Source: Campylobacterales bacterium
GTDB taxonomy: Bacteria; Campylobacterota; Campylobacteria; Campylobacterales; JALSKU01
Direction of reading: 5' to 3'
DNA length: 46,689 bases
NCBI GenBank assembly: GCA_027038235.1
Contig: JALVXV010000116.1
Location: 1-46,689 of the forward strand
The stretch's first letter is position 1; each line of letters opens with the position of its first letter. Below the pieces are notes generated by a model, which was given only the letters and a program-made list of their open reading frames with translations, searched no databases and was not told where the DNA came from. The position numbers were made by a program, and so were the translations under genes. Positions 1 to 9,137 of this stretch are shown here, in pieces.

Positions 1-746
1 TTTTTAAATATTTTTATCATGATATTATTATATTGAGTTTGGTATTTTTGAAAGTCTAATTTTAATTGCTTATTTATATTGTGAGTATAGATTGTTACTT
101 TTATATTTGGAACCTTTGAAAATAGAGTTAAAATAGATTCATCTACATAATTATCGATTAAAATTATCTCTTTTTTTGCTGATTTTATAAGTTCATTTAT
201 AAATTTATAAGCATCAAAAATCTCTCCATCAAAAAATATGCCTTGAGTCTGTTTTTTATTTTTATCATTAAGAGCATTAAAAATTCTTTCAAAGTTTTTA
301 TCATGTAAATGAAGTCTATATTCCATTCTTTCAAATCTTTCAAAAATATGAGCATTACTTTGCATAAAATGTCTCATCTTGGTAAATGTTCGCATAATAG
401 ATAAGGTAACTTTGGTAGCAACATCACTTTTTAAAACAGTTGCCAACATATATACACCCTGTTCTGTAAAAGCCAATGGTAGTTTTCTCAATCCCATTTT
501 AGTAGAATTGGATGTCGCATTTTGCGATTTCCAAATTTCAAGCTCCTCTTTTGTAAACTGAAACATAAAATCTTGTGGGAATTTATCTATATTTCTTTTT
601 ACTTGTTCATTAATTCTTCTTGTTTCAACTTGATAAAGTTCAGCTAAATCTCTATCTAACATTACTTGCATACCACGAATATTATAAATTTTATTTTGAA
701 TATCATAATCAGCAAGTGTTGATTTAGGATTTAGATTATTTTTCAC
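1..746 (-). CDS. ORF6N / KilA-N-type DNA-binding domain protein (3' end runs off the left edge of the window)
   Basis: Absent from the ORF track because there is no stop codon inside the window. My minus-strand translation from GTG at 746-744 stays open for 248 codons: VKNNLNPKSTLADYDIQNKIYNIRGMQVMLDRDLAELYQVETRRINEQVKRNIDKFPQDFMFQFTKEE...KEIILIDNYVDESILTLFSKVPNIKVTIYTHNINKQLKLD. The RGxxVMLDxDLAxLY and FPxDFMF motifs are typical of the ORF6N family. The GTG overlaps the upstream TAG by 1 nt (TAGTG). Confidence 0.8.
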   Translation of the reverse strand, partial: MKNNLNPKSTLADYDIQNKIYNIRGMQVMLDRDLAELYQVETRRINEQVKRNIDKFPQDFMFQFTKEELEIWKSQNATSNSTKMGLRKLPLAFTEQGVYMLATVLKSDVATKVTLSIMRTFTKMRHFMQSNAHIFERFERMEYRLHLHDKNFERIFNALNDKNKKQTQGIFFDGEIFDAYKFINELIKSAKKEIILIDNYVDESILTLFSKVPNIKVTIYTHNINKQLKLDFQKYQTQYNNIMIKIFK

Positions 747-1147
747 TACTGTAGCCTTTTGTTTTTGATTACAATTCGGGCATATATTTCTTTATCGTTG
801 ATTGTAAATCTTTTTCCATAGTTTGGATCATCTTCAATGTATCTATCTATTCCAAGTATTTTAAACTGAGCAGGATTGTATTGATTTAAAAAAGTAATAG
901 GTACTCCCATAGCACCTTTACAATCCATAGGAATTTCAGCAGTTTTGCTTACTTCAATAGCATCATAATTATCACATTTTGGATACTCTTTAGGAGTATA
1001 TTTTTTGTATAAAATTAAATCTTCTTGTCTTTTTGGTATGTTAAGATTTATATACCAAAAAGTTCTTGCAGTTTTATACATAGTTCCATCCGGCTCAATA
1101 TCTCCAAGCTGAGTATAAAATTCATCTTTTTTGCTATTTTTTGCCAT
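746..1147 (-). pseudogene. EcoRI-family N6-adenine DNA methyltransferase remnant (in-frame internal deletion, catalytic core missing)
   Basis: The 133-aa ORF keeps the family N-terminus (KKDEFYTQLGDIE) joined directly to the family C-terminus (FWYINLN..KRQEDLILYKKYTPKEYPKCDNYDAIEV...GAMGVPITFLNQYNPAQFKILG). The roughly 200 aa that normally carry the SAM-binding and NPPF-type catalytic motifs are absent. Confidence 0.6.
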
Positions 1148-1204
1148 CCCTTTGCTCCTTTAATATGGTTTAGGATCAAGAAACTAAATCCTAAATCCTA
1201 AATC

Positions 1205-1828
1205 CTAAAACCTTATCTCTAAAATATTTCTTAAATCCTTCTCATCTATTACATGAGTTGCCTCTTTTTTTAGTATCTCATTTGCACAAAAGGCTACTTT
1301 TATTTTTGCATATTTAAACATTGAGAGATCATTAGCCCCATCACCTACTACCATGCAATCCTCTGGTGAGATTTGTAAAATACTTTGCAATCTTTTTAGC
1401 ATATCACCCTTGCTAAAGTTAAACATCATATCTCCGCCAACCTCTCCTGTTAGCACCCCATTTTTTTCATGCAATATGTTTGAAAAAGAGGCTTCATATC
1501 CTAAAATATCCTTTGCATAATCAGTAGCATTTCTAAAACCACCGCTAAATACTACAACCTTTAGCCCTCTTTTTTTCAACTCTTTTATACTCTCTTTTGC
1601 TCCATTTACAAAAGGGAGATTGTGGCAAATCTCATCAACCTTTTCTCTTTTTAGCCCCTTTAATAAAGCTACTCTTTGAATAAGACTCTCAAAAAAATCA
1701 AGCTCCCCTGCCATAGCTCTTTTTGTAATAGAAGAGACCCTATCCTCTATACCAAGCTCTTTAGCTAAAAAATCTATAGTCTCTCCATCCATTAGTGTAG
1801 AGTCAAAGTCAAACACACATAGTTTCAT
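1205..1828 (-). CDS. serB: phosphoserine phosphatase (HAD superfamily)
   Basis: HAD motif I is present in MKLCVFDFDSTLMDGE, and GDGANDL lies near the C-terminus. I moved the start to ATG 1828 because the 16 extra codons in the track (MELRAFLALSLIRRIF) are read-through of the heptamer array. An AAGGA Shine-Dalgarno sequence precedes the ATG. Confidence 0.8.
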   Translation of the reverse strand: MKLCVFDFDSTLMDGETIDFLAKELGIEDRVSSITKRAMAGELDFFESLIQRVALLKGLKREKVDEICHNLPFVNGAKESIKELKKRGLKVVVFSGGFRNATDYAKDILGYEASFSNILHEKNGVLTGEVGGDMMFNFSKGDMLKRLQSILQISPEDCMVVGDGANDLSMFKYAKIKVAFCANEILKKEATHVIDEKDLRNILEIRF

Positions 1829-1892
1829 AAAAATCCTTCGTATAAGGCTAAGAGCTAAAAATGCTCTAAGCTCCAAGCTCTAAGCTTATATA

Positions 1893-1901
1893 TGCTATAA
1901 T
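1893..1901 (+). promoter_or_regulatory. candidate extended -10 promoter element TGCTATAAT for the metF-like gene
   Basis: An exact TGnTATAAT lies 30 nt upstream of ATG 1932 in the divergent serB/metF spacer. Confidence 0.4.
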
Positions 1902-1931
1902 ACTAAAAAATATTTAATAACTGGATTAAAG

Positions 1932-2849
1932 ATGGTAGAAAGCTTTATAAAGAGGTTGTATAGTGATAGTTTTTTAAGCTTAGAAGTTACACCTCCTCAT
2001 GCACCTTCGTTGGATAATATCATAGAGGATATAAAAAGATACAGATTAGATAAAATAGTCGATGGCTTTAGCACGACAGATAATCCTCTTGCTAGATTGA
2101 AGTATGATTCTATGTTTTCAGCTTTAAAGATACAACAAACATTTAAAAAAGCATGTATTACTACAATGAGCATGAGAGATAGAAATAAAATAGCTCTCCA
2201 ATCAGACCTCCTTGGCATGAATGACTTTGATCTAAGAGTTGTTTTAGCTCTTACAGGAGATCCAGCAAGATCAAGCGACCAGCCAAACACAAAGGCTGTC
2301 AATGAGGGAAGAAGTACACTTTTACTTGATATGATAAAGTGTTTTAATTCTGGTATTGATTATGCTGGAAAACCATTTAAAATCGCACCAAAAAAGATAT
2401 TTCCTTTTGCAGTGAGCAATGCCTATGCAAAAAATAGTAAAACTTTGTATAGAAATATGCTAAAAAAGCTCTCTAGTGGAGCAAATGCTATCATAACCCA
2501 GCCTGTTTATGATAAAGAGAATGCAAAAATGCTTTTGCAAATTTTTGAAGATGCAAAGAGAGATACCCAATTTTTAGAGAATGACCCTGTTTTGATACTT
2601 GGATTCTTTCCTATAACTAGACTTAGAACTGCACAATTTTTAAACTCTCATGTACCAGGTATTTATGTGCCTACCTATTGGATGGAAAAGCTATTAAAAG
2701 CAAAAGAGATCTCACCTCAAAAGGAGTTTGAAGAGGGGATAGAGCTAAGCAAAAAGACATTTGGTGAAATTTACAATACAAACAAAAAGGTACATCTAAT
2801 GTCAGCTAACCATTTTGAGATCATAAAAGAGGTAGTAGAAAGTTTTTAA
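1932..2849 (+). CDS. metF: methylenetetrahydrofolate reductase family protein
   Basis: The MTHFR-like pattern is present: LEVTPP..., LALTGDP and ITQPVYD. Length is 305 aa. Confidence 0.65.
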   Translation: MVESFIKRLYSDSFLSLEVTPPHAPSLDNIIEDIKRYRLDKIVDGFSTTDNPLARLKYDSMFSALKIQQTFKKACITTMSMRDRNKIALQSDLLGMNDFDLRVVLALTGDPARSSDQPNTKAVNEGRSTLLLDMIKCFNSGIDYAGKPFKIAPKKIFPFAVSNAYAKNSKTLYRNMLKKLSSGANAIITQPVYDKENAKMLLQIFEDAKRDTQFLENDPVLILGFFPITRLRTAQFLNSHVPGIYVPTYWMEKLLKAKEISPQKEFEEGIELSKKTFGEIYNTNKKVHLMSANHFEIIKEVVESF

Positions 2850-3004
2850 TAGTTGCTAAACTTTCAAAATAAAGCCTAGCAACCACCTATCTAAATCCAA
2901 AAAAATTTCGACCTAATGCCAACTTTCAACTTTTTTAAAAAACTCAAATCTTTAGGCATAAGTAGTACTACAACAAACTCTATTGCAAAATTTGGGCTAA
3001 AAAG

Positions 3005-3511
3005 TTAAAAATCCCTTTTCAATAAAGCATTGACATTTAAAATAGTTATGATACTATCTTCCATCTTTCCAATACCAAAGATCATGTTGTTGCTATTTTC
3101 ATCTTTATTAAAGGTCTCTGGAGGAGTTTCTATATCAGACTGATTTATTCTAATAGCCTTTGTAAGTCTATCGATAACAAATCCTGCCTCATTATTTTCT
3201 GTCTTTATTACAATATATCTGGTCTCCTCATTTTGAGATACTGATGGAAGTCCAAATTTTCTTCTAAGATCTATCAAAGGCAAAATACTCCCTCTTAGAT
3301 TGAAAACTCCCAACACATAATCAGGCACACTAGGAACCTTTGTGCACTCTATTGGTTTTATAATCTCTTGAATATTTAAAATAGGAACAGCCAACTCCTC
3401 ATTGCCGACTATAAAGCCGACAAGTTGCATTATATCTTCACTCTCTTTTTTATCATCACTATTTTGTTGCTTTTGTTGCTTTTGCAAAATTGATTTTAAC
3501 TTTTCACTCAT
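3005..3511 (-). CDS. cheW: chemotaxis coupling protein CheW
   Basis: A 168-aa single CheW-like domain sits immediately downstream of cheA, with a 3-nt gap. Confidence 0.9.
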   Translation of the reverse strand: MSEKLKSILQKQQKQQNSDDKKESEDIMQLVGFIVGNEELAVPILNIQEIIKPIECTKVPSVPDYVLGVFNLRGSILPLIDLRRKFGLPSVSQNEETRYIVIKTENNEAGFVIDRLTKAIRINQSDIETPPETFNKDENSNNMIFGIGKMEDSIITILNVNALLKRDF

Positions 3512-3514
3512 TTT

Positions 3515-5854
3515 CTACTCCATAGGAAATTTTAAATTTTTCTTAACAACATTTGCCAAATACTCTAATGAGTAAGGCTTAGTTATATACTCTGTCATTC
3601 CTACTTCCACACCTCTCATCCTGTCAGATTTTGAAGTTCTTGATGTTACAGCTACCAAAGGAAGATACTTATATCTTGAATACTTTCTGATCTCACCAGC
3701 TAGAGTATATCCATCCATTCTAGGCATCTCTATATCTATTAGAACTATATCAAAGTTTTTATCACCAGATTTTAACATTTGTAGTGCTTCAACTCCATTG
3801 GTTGCCTCAGTAATATTGACACCTAGTGGTGCTAATGCTTTTTGCATAATAGTTCTATCGGTTTTACTATCATCAACTATCAAAATATTATAATCACTAG
3901 GCTCTTTTTTAACACTCTCTATCTGCTTTTCATCCACTTTTTTGATGCTACCTTTTGTCTCTTTTGCCAACTCCATCAATGCCCCAACATCAACTATGAG
4001 AGTTACTCTACCATCACCTCTTATTGTAGCACCAGCAATTCCTTTGATACCTTGTAGATAATCCCCTAAGGATTTGATAACTATCTCCTCTTGTCCAACC
4101 AAAGTATCTACTATGACACCAAGTTTTGATTCTGCTAGTGCGATAACTACGATATAGAGATTTTCACCACCATCAAAGACCTCCTCTATACCAAAAACAT
4201 CAGAAAGCCTTACAAGTGGAAGTATCTCCTCTCTTAGTCTTAGTACATCTTTGCCCTCAATAGAGTAAATCTCTTCGGCAGGAACTCTAACAGTTTCCAA
4301 GACAGATGATAGTGGTATAGCAAAATACTCCTCTTGTGCTCCTACTAAAAGTGCTTGAATAATTGCTAAAGTTAGAGGTATCTTTAGTTTTATTACTGTA
4401 CCTTTTCCCTTCTCGCTATCTATATCTATGATACCATTTAATTTTTCTATATTGGTCTTAACAACATCCATTCCTACCCCACGACCAGAAACATTTGTTA
4501 CTGATGCTGCAGTAGAAAATCCGGGCTTAAATATAAGTCCAAATGCCTCTTTTTCACTTAGACCATCAGCCTCTCTCTCAGTTATAATCCCCTTCTCCAA
4601 TGACTTTTGAATAAGCATATCAGCATCAAGACCCTTACCATCATCGACTATCTCTATGACTATTGAGTTACCCTCATTATAAGCTTTTAACTCTATAGTG
4701 CCATATTCAGGTTTTCCCATAGCTACCCTAGTCTTAGCATCTTCTATACCATGATCACAAGAGTTTCTTATAATATGTACAAGCGGATCTCCTATCTCCT
4801 CTATGATAGACTTATCAAGCTCTGTCTCCTCGCCTGAGATTTTAAGCTCTATATTTTTACCAAGTTCTCGTGAGAGATCTCTTACCATTCTTGGAAATTT
4901 ATTGAAAACTTTTGCTATTGGTAGCATTCTTGTTTTCATAACTGCTATTTGCAAATCAGTTGTAACTATTGAGACTGAAGAGACTACTTGATTTAACTCT
5001 TCTAAAAATTTCTCACCCTCATATCTCTCTTCGACATCATCATATATCTTAAGTAGTCTATTTTTACCAAGCACCAACTCACCTATAAGATTCATTAGAT
5101 GATCAAGTCTTTTTACCTCTACTCTTATGGTCTGCTCTAATGTACTGCCGCTACTCTTTTTAATAGGTGCAGCACTACTTTTTCTAGCAGGTGTCGATGC
5201 TTTAGCTGGTGAAGATTTTTTCTCTGGCTCTTTTTGAGTCTCTTTTTTAGCTTGAGGTTTTTTATCCTTTTTCTTTTTCTTCTTCTCCTCTCTTTTTTCT
5301 TGTAAAAGTCTCTCTATCTCAGCCTCTACCTCTTCGTCACTCATGTTTGAATAGTCTGGCTCCTCTTCAGGCTCATTTGAAGTTTCATCCTCTTGATTTG
5401 CACTATCCTCTTGCTCCTCTTGCTCTTGATTGGATGATATAGAGCTCTCACTCTCAACCTCTTCACCTTTTGATATAGCATCAAGTCTTTTACAAATAGG
5501 CTTAATATCTATCTCATCATTTTCATCACTACCTGTATCTCTAACACTATATAAAAGAGCTTTCATCATATCAATTGACTCTAAAACTGTATCCATAACC
5601 AAAGGGGTGATGCTAAGCTCACCCTTTCTAGCTTTATTAAGCACATCCTCCATATGATGAGTAAGCTCTGTTAGTGTATCGAGATTTAAAAAAGAGCTTG
5701 AACCTTTTATGGTATGGGCTACTCTAAATATAGAGTTTAAAAGCTCTAAATCTTCAGGATTATTTTCTAGTTCAACTAGATCCTGATCAAGTTGCTCAAT
5801 AAGCTCAAATGCTTCTATTAAAAAGTCTTCTAATATTTCTTGCATATCATCCAT
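3515..5854 (-). CDS. cheA: chemotaxis histidine kinase CheA with C-terminal receiver domain (CheAY)
   Basis: The protein contains an HPt domain (HTIKGSSSF), HATPase motifs (DDGKGLD, GRGVGMD), a CheW-like domain and a C-terminal REC domain (ILIVDDS...DIEMPRMDG). Confidence 0.95.
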   Translation of the reverse strand: MDDMQEILEDFLIEAFELIEQLDQDLVELENNPEDLELLNSIFRVAHTIKGSSSFLNLDTLTELTHHMEDVLNKARKGELSITPLVMDTVLESIDMMKALLYSVRDTGSDENDEIDIKPICKRLDAISKGEEVESESSISSNQEQEEQEDSANQEDETSNEPEEEPDYSNMSDEEVEAEIERLLQEKREEKKKKKKDKKPQAKKETQKEPEKKSSPAKASTPARKSSAAPIKKSSGSTLEQTIRVEVKRLDHLMNLIGELVLGKNRLLKIYDDVEERYEGEKFLEELNQVVSSVSIVTTDLQIAVMKTRMLPIAKVFNKFPRMVRDLSRELGKNIELKISGEETELDKSIIEEIGDPLVHIIRNSCDHGIEDAKTRVAMGKPEYGTIELKAYNEGNSIVIEIVDDGKGLDADMLIQKSLEKGIITEREADGLSEKEAFGLIFKPGFSTAASVTNVSGRGVGMDVVKTNIEKLNGIIDIDSEKGKGTVIKLKIPLTLAIIQALLVGAQEEYFAIPLSSVLETVRVPAEEIYSIEGKDVLRLREEILPLVRLSDVFGIEEVFDGGENLYIVVIALAESKLGVIVDTLVGQEEIVIKSLGDYLQGIKGIAGATIRGDGRVTLIVDVGALMELAKETKGSIKKVDEKQIESVKKEPSDYNILIVDDSKTDRTIMQKALAPLGVNITEATNGVEALQMLKSGDKNFDIVLIDIEMPRMDGYTLAGEIRKYSRYKYLPLVAVTSRTSKSDRMRGVEVGMTEYITKPYSLEYLANVVKKNLKFPME

Positions 5855-6810
5855 TACACTTCCTTACTATCATTGATATGAGATTTGACAACTCTTGCTA
5901 TTTCACTATAGAACTCTGGAGCATCAAATTTGGTCAAATATGCCTCTCCACCAGCCTCTTTACCTCTAATTTCACTAAAATGATCACTAATAGAGGAGTT
6001 AAATATAAGTGGAATATTGGCAAATCTCTCATCCTCTTTTATTTTTGAGGCAAAATGAAATCCATCCATTTGTGGCATTTCTACATCACTTATGATAACT
6101 TTTAACTCCTTTTTAATATCCTCTCCATATATCTTATACAACTCTTCAAGCTTCTCTAGTGCATTTATACCATCTTTTGCCTCTATTGGCTTCATTCCCA
6201 TTTTAGTAAGTGCCTCTTTCATCAATTTCCTAGCAGTACTACTATCATCAACTACCAAAGCAGAGCCGCCTAGCTTTTGTATCAAGCTATCTTCTAGGTT
6301 AATATTGGGTTGATAGATACCAAGCTCCTCCATGATAGTTTCAAGATCAAGTATCAAAAGTACCTCATCATTTTCTATCCTTGTAACCCCTGTTATTTGG
6401 GCTTTATCAAGTACACCACTACCTGTAGAAAAACTGGCTGATTCTATATCTTTCCAACTAATTCTTCTTATTCTCTTTGCCTCATGAACTATAAAGCCTA
6501 TAAGCATAGAGTTAAACTCTGCTATTAAAACTCTAGGCTTTATATCTATATCCTCTGGAACATCTATACCCATCCACTTTGCAAGATTGATAACAGGTAT
6601 AACAACACCCCTAAGATCAAAAATCCCCTCTACAAAATCTGGAACATTTGGGATCTCTGTTATATTTGGTATCTTGATTATCTCTCTTACCTTGACAACA
6701 TTAACTCCATAAATACCCTCATATACTTTATCACCATCTTTTTTAAATATACGAAAGTCAACAAGCTCCATCTCATTGGAGCCTACTTGCAATACATCTT
6801 GTTTGTTCAT
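5854..6810 (-). CDS. cheV: chemotaxis protein CheV (CheW-like + receiver)
   Basis: An N-terminal CheW-like domain is followed by a C-terminal REC domain (ALVVDDS...DVEMPQMDG). The gene overlaps the cheA start by 1 nt. Confidence 0.9.
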   Translation of the reverse strand: MNKQDVLQVGSNEMELVDFRIFKKDGDKVYEGIYGVNVVKVREIIKIPNITEIPNVPDFVEGIFDLRGVVIPVINLAKWMGIDVPEDIDIKPRVLIAEFNSMLIGFIVHEAKRIRRISWKDIESASFSTGSGVLDKAQITGVTRIENDEVLLILDLETIMEELGIYQPNINLEDSLIQKLGGSALVVDDSSTARKLMKEALTKMGMKPIEAKDGINALEKLEELYKIYGEDIKKELKVIISDVEMPQMDGFHFASKIKEDERFANIPLIFNSSISDHFSEIRGKEAGGEAYLTKFDAPEFYSEIARVVKSHINDSKEV

Positions 6811-7556
6811 TATCTATTTTCTCCTTTATCCAAGGCAAATTGTACTTTTTTAAAACTTAAATGAGATTGTACAATAATAAAACTTTTATTGCATGCAAAA
6901 GATGAAATATTGATATATTTTCTATCTTTTTTAAGCTCTATCTCTCTACCTTGGTGAAAATGCCCCTCTATAATAACTTTTATATCACTCTTTAGAAGCT
7001 TATCTATCCGTTTTGATACAATATTTTCAAAGTTATCAATATCTCTACATAATATTTTACTATATTGCATATCTAAAATTCTCTTAGATATATAGCCATT
7101 TAAAATATTATCAACAAACGAGATAGATGATAAAAAGAGCTTTGATCTTATTATTGTTGTATATAAAATATAAGAAAAAGGTGTAGCTTTATCACCATGC
7201 AAGAGTAAAACTTTATCATGATTTAGACTAAAAAGTGTAGGCTGATTGCTATATGAAAAAATTTTTACTCTAGGAAAGAGTTTTTTTAGATTAAAGTCAT
7301 GATTTCCTTCAAAATAGAAGGTTTCAACTCTTTTGGATATCTCATTTATCAAATCTATATATTTTTGATTTGCTTTTTGTGTATATTTTACCCCTCCAAT
7401 AAGAAGATCAAATATATCTCCCATTAAAAAGAGTTGAGTAGGCTTTAAAATGTTGTCTCTAATTTGCTCTAAAAATGAGTAAAATTCATCTCTATTTTTA
7501 TTTACATGGGCATCAGCTACTAAAAAAGCACCCTCCTTTATGATATTATGGGACAT
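6810..7556 (-). CDS. calcineurin-like metallophosphoesterase, LpxH-like (UDP-2,3-diacylglucosamine hydrolase candidate)
   Basis: The motifs DAH, GDIFD, GNHD, HGD and GHFH occur in the canonical order. ATG 7556 is preferred over the TTG at 7562 used in the track. Confidence 0.55.
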   Translation of the reverse strand: MSHNIIKEGAFLVADAHVNKNRDEFYSFLEQIRDNILKPTQLFLMGDIFDLLIGGVKYTQKANQKYIDLINEISKRVETFYFEGNHDFNLKKLFPRVKIFSYSNQPTLFSLNHDKVLLLHGDKATPFSYILYTTIIRSKLFLSSISFVDNILNGYISKRILDMQYSKILCRDIDNFENIVSKRIDKLLKSDIKVIIEGHFHQGREIELKKDRKYINISSFACNKSFIIVQSHLSFKKVQFALDKGENR

Positions 7557-8562
7557 AAGCAATAGTAGGTATTCCTAAATCTTCTTCAAAGCCACTCATT
7601 ATATTGGCATTGACTACTGCTGCTGAGGATGAGCCTTTTAAGATATTATCTATGGTTGAACAGATATATAAATTTGAGTTAGATTTTTTAGCAAATATAT
7701 CACAAAAATTTGTCCCACCAACACCCTTTATAGTAACAGGCTTATCAAAAACTCTTATAAATTTCTCATCTTTGTAAAACTCTTTTAAATATTCTAAAGG
7801 ATCAATATCCTCTTTTAATTTGCAATAAATATCACACATTTCTCCTCTAATTAGTGGCAAAAGATGAGGAACAAAATTTATATCATACTCTACTCCTTTA
7901 GAGATGATTTTCATCTTCTCTTTTATCTCAGGCTCATGTCTATGGCTTAGAGGGTTATAAGCAGATACATTTTCATCTATAAAGACAAAGTGAGTTTTAT
8001 CACTACACTTTTTACCAGCTCCACTAACTCCACTTTTTGCATCGATAAATATAGGATAACTCTCATCAATGTATTTACAAAATGGTAAAAGACCAAGCAG
8101 GGTAGCTGTAGGATAACACCCTGGATTGGCTACAAGTTTTGCTCTTTTAATATCATCTCTAAAAAACTCTGGAAGTCCATAAACTGCCCTACTTAAGTGC
8201 TCTTTATCTTGATGAGTGCAGTAATACCTCTCATAAGTTTCAAGTTCAAGTCTATAATCAGCTGAAAGATCTACTACCTTTACACCAAGATCAAGTAACT
8301 CTTTTGCAAAACCCATAGCACTCTTGTGAGGCAGAGCTAAAAATGCTAAACTAGCACACTTAGCTATCTCTTTAGCATCACCTTTTTTTATATCTATATC
8401 AACAACACTCTTTAAAGCAGGATAGAGTTCACTTAAACTCATTCCACCTTCACTATTGGCAACATACTTTAGCCTAAAGTTTGGATGATTTATAATGATC
8501 TTTATAAGTTCAAGCCCAGTAAATCCACTAGCACCTACAATTGCAACATCTATCTTTTTCAT
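7546..8562 (-). CDS. argC: N-acetyl-gamma-glutamyl-phosphate reductase
   Basis: There is a GASGFTG Rossmann loop and the catalytic Cys motif ANPGCYPT. Length is 338 aa. Confidence 0.9.
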   Translation of the reverse strand: MKKIDVAIVGASGFTGLELIKIIINHPNFRLKYVANSEGGMSLSELYPALKSVVDIDIKKGDAKEIAKCASLAFLALPHKSAMGFAKELLDLGVKVVDLSADYRLELETYERYYCTHQDKEHLSRAVYGLPEFFRDDIKRAKLVANPGCYPTATLLGLLPFCKYIDESYPIFIDAKSGVSGAGKKCSDKTHFVFIDENVSAYNPLSHRHEPEIKEKMKIISKGVEYDINFVPHLLPLIRGEMCDIYCKLKEDIDPLEYLKEFYKDEKFIRVFDKPVTIKGVGGTNFCDIFAKKSNSNLYICSTIDNILKGSSSAAVVNANIMSGFEEDLGIPTIAYVP

Positions 8563-9029
8563 GCTTTTATCTCCACTATTTCATACTCTTTTGTACCATT
8601 TGGGAGTTTTATTGTTACCTCATCGCCCTCCTCTTTTCCAAGAAGTTGCTTTGTAAGTGGAGAGTTGTATGATATAAGCCCATTTTCAGGTGAACTTTCA
8701 TAACTTCCTACTATCTTATAGGTTATCTCCTCACCACTATCTAAGTCCTCCAAAGTTATGGTTGATCCAAATCTAACCTTATCATGATGATAACTTTTTG
8801 GATCTACTACTTGAGTTTTAGCAAGATAGTTACTAAGTTCATAAATTCTCGCCTCTATAAAAGCTAGTCTCTCTTTTGCAGCATGATACTCTGCATTTTC
8901 CTTTAGGTCTCCATGACTTCTTGCAATATCTATCTCTTTGACTGTTTGCGGTCTTTGAACCTTTTGAAGATCTTGAACTTCAGCTAATAGTTTATCATAT
9001 CCCTCTTGTGTTATTGGTTCCTTTTTCAA
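8559..9029 (-). CDS. greA: transcription elongation factor GreA
   Basis: The 156-aa protein has the GreA coiled-coil and C-terminal domain pattern. It uses a TTG start preceded by AGGAG. Confidence 0.9.
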   Translation of the reverse strand: MKKEPITQEGYDKLLAEVQDLQKVQRPQTVKEIDIARSHGDLKENAEYHAAKERLAFIEARIYELSNYLAKTQVVDPKSYHHDKVRFGSTITLEDLDSGEEITYKIVGSYESSPENGLISYNSPLTKQLLGKEEGDEVTIKLPNGTKEYEIVEIKA

Positions 9030-9046
9030 ATAATTCTCCTATATTT

Positions 9047-9095
9047 GTGATTAGTGATTCGTAATTCGTAATTCGTGATTAGTGATTGATAATTT
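9047..9095. repeat. class C heptamer array, 7 units (GTGATTA GTGATTC GTAATTC GTAATTC GTGATTA GTGATTG ATAATTT)
   Basis: Read directly from the sequence in the lpxB-greA spacer. Confidence 0.95.
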
Positions 9096-9098
9096 ATT

Positions 9099-9129
9099 CT
9101 AAACCCTAAAATCTAAATCCTAAATCCTA
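9099..9129. repeat. class A heptamer array (CTAAACC CTAAAAT CTAAATC CTAAATC CTA)
   Basis: Read directly from the sequence. It abuts the class C array and lies 8 nt from the lpxB stop. Confidence 0.95.
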
Positions 9130-9137
9130 TAGTGTAA

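Noticed and set aside
379-561. Tracked 60-aa plus-strand ORF.
   Set aside because: It lies entirely antisense within the well-supported ORF6N gene (1-746, minus strand). Its sequence is low-complexity with no motif.
1829-1876. N-terminal extension of serB in the track (MELRAFLALSLIRRIF).
   Set aside because: It is a translation of the class B heptamer array. The HAD motif I begins 6 residues after the internal ATG at 1828, which has its own AAGGA Shine-Dalgarno sequence.
2853-2884. The hairpin GTTGCTA-N18-TAGCAAC after the metF-like gene could be a terminator.
   Set aside because: The stem is only 7 bp with a large loop and no following T-tract, so the evidence is too weak to call.
9047-9129. 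The heptamer arrays could be CRISPR-like arrays.
   Set aside because: The units are contiguous 7-mers with no spacers. No cas genes are present and the period is far too short.
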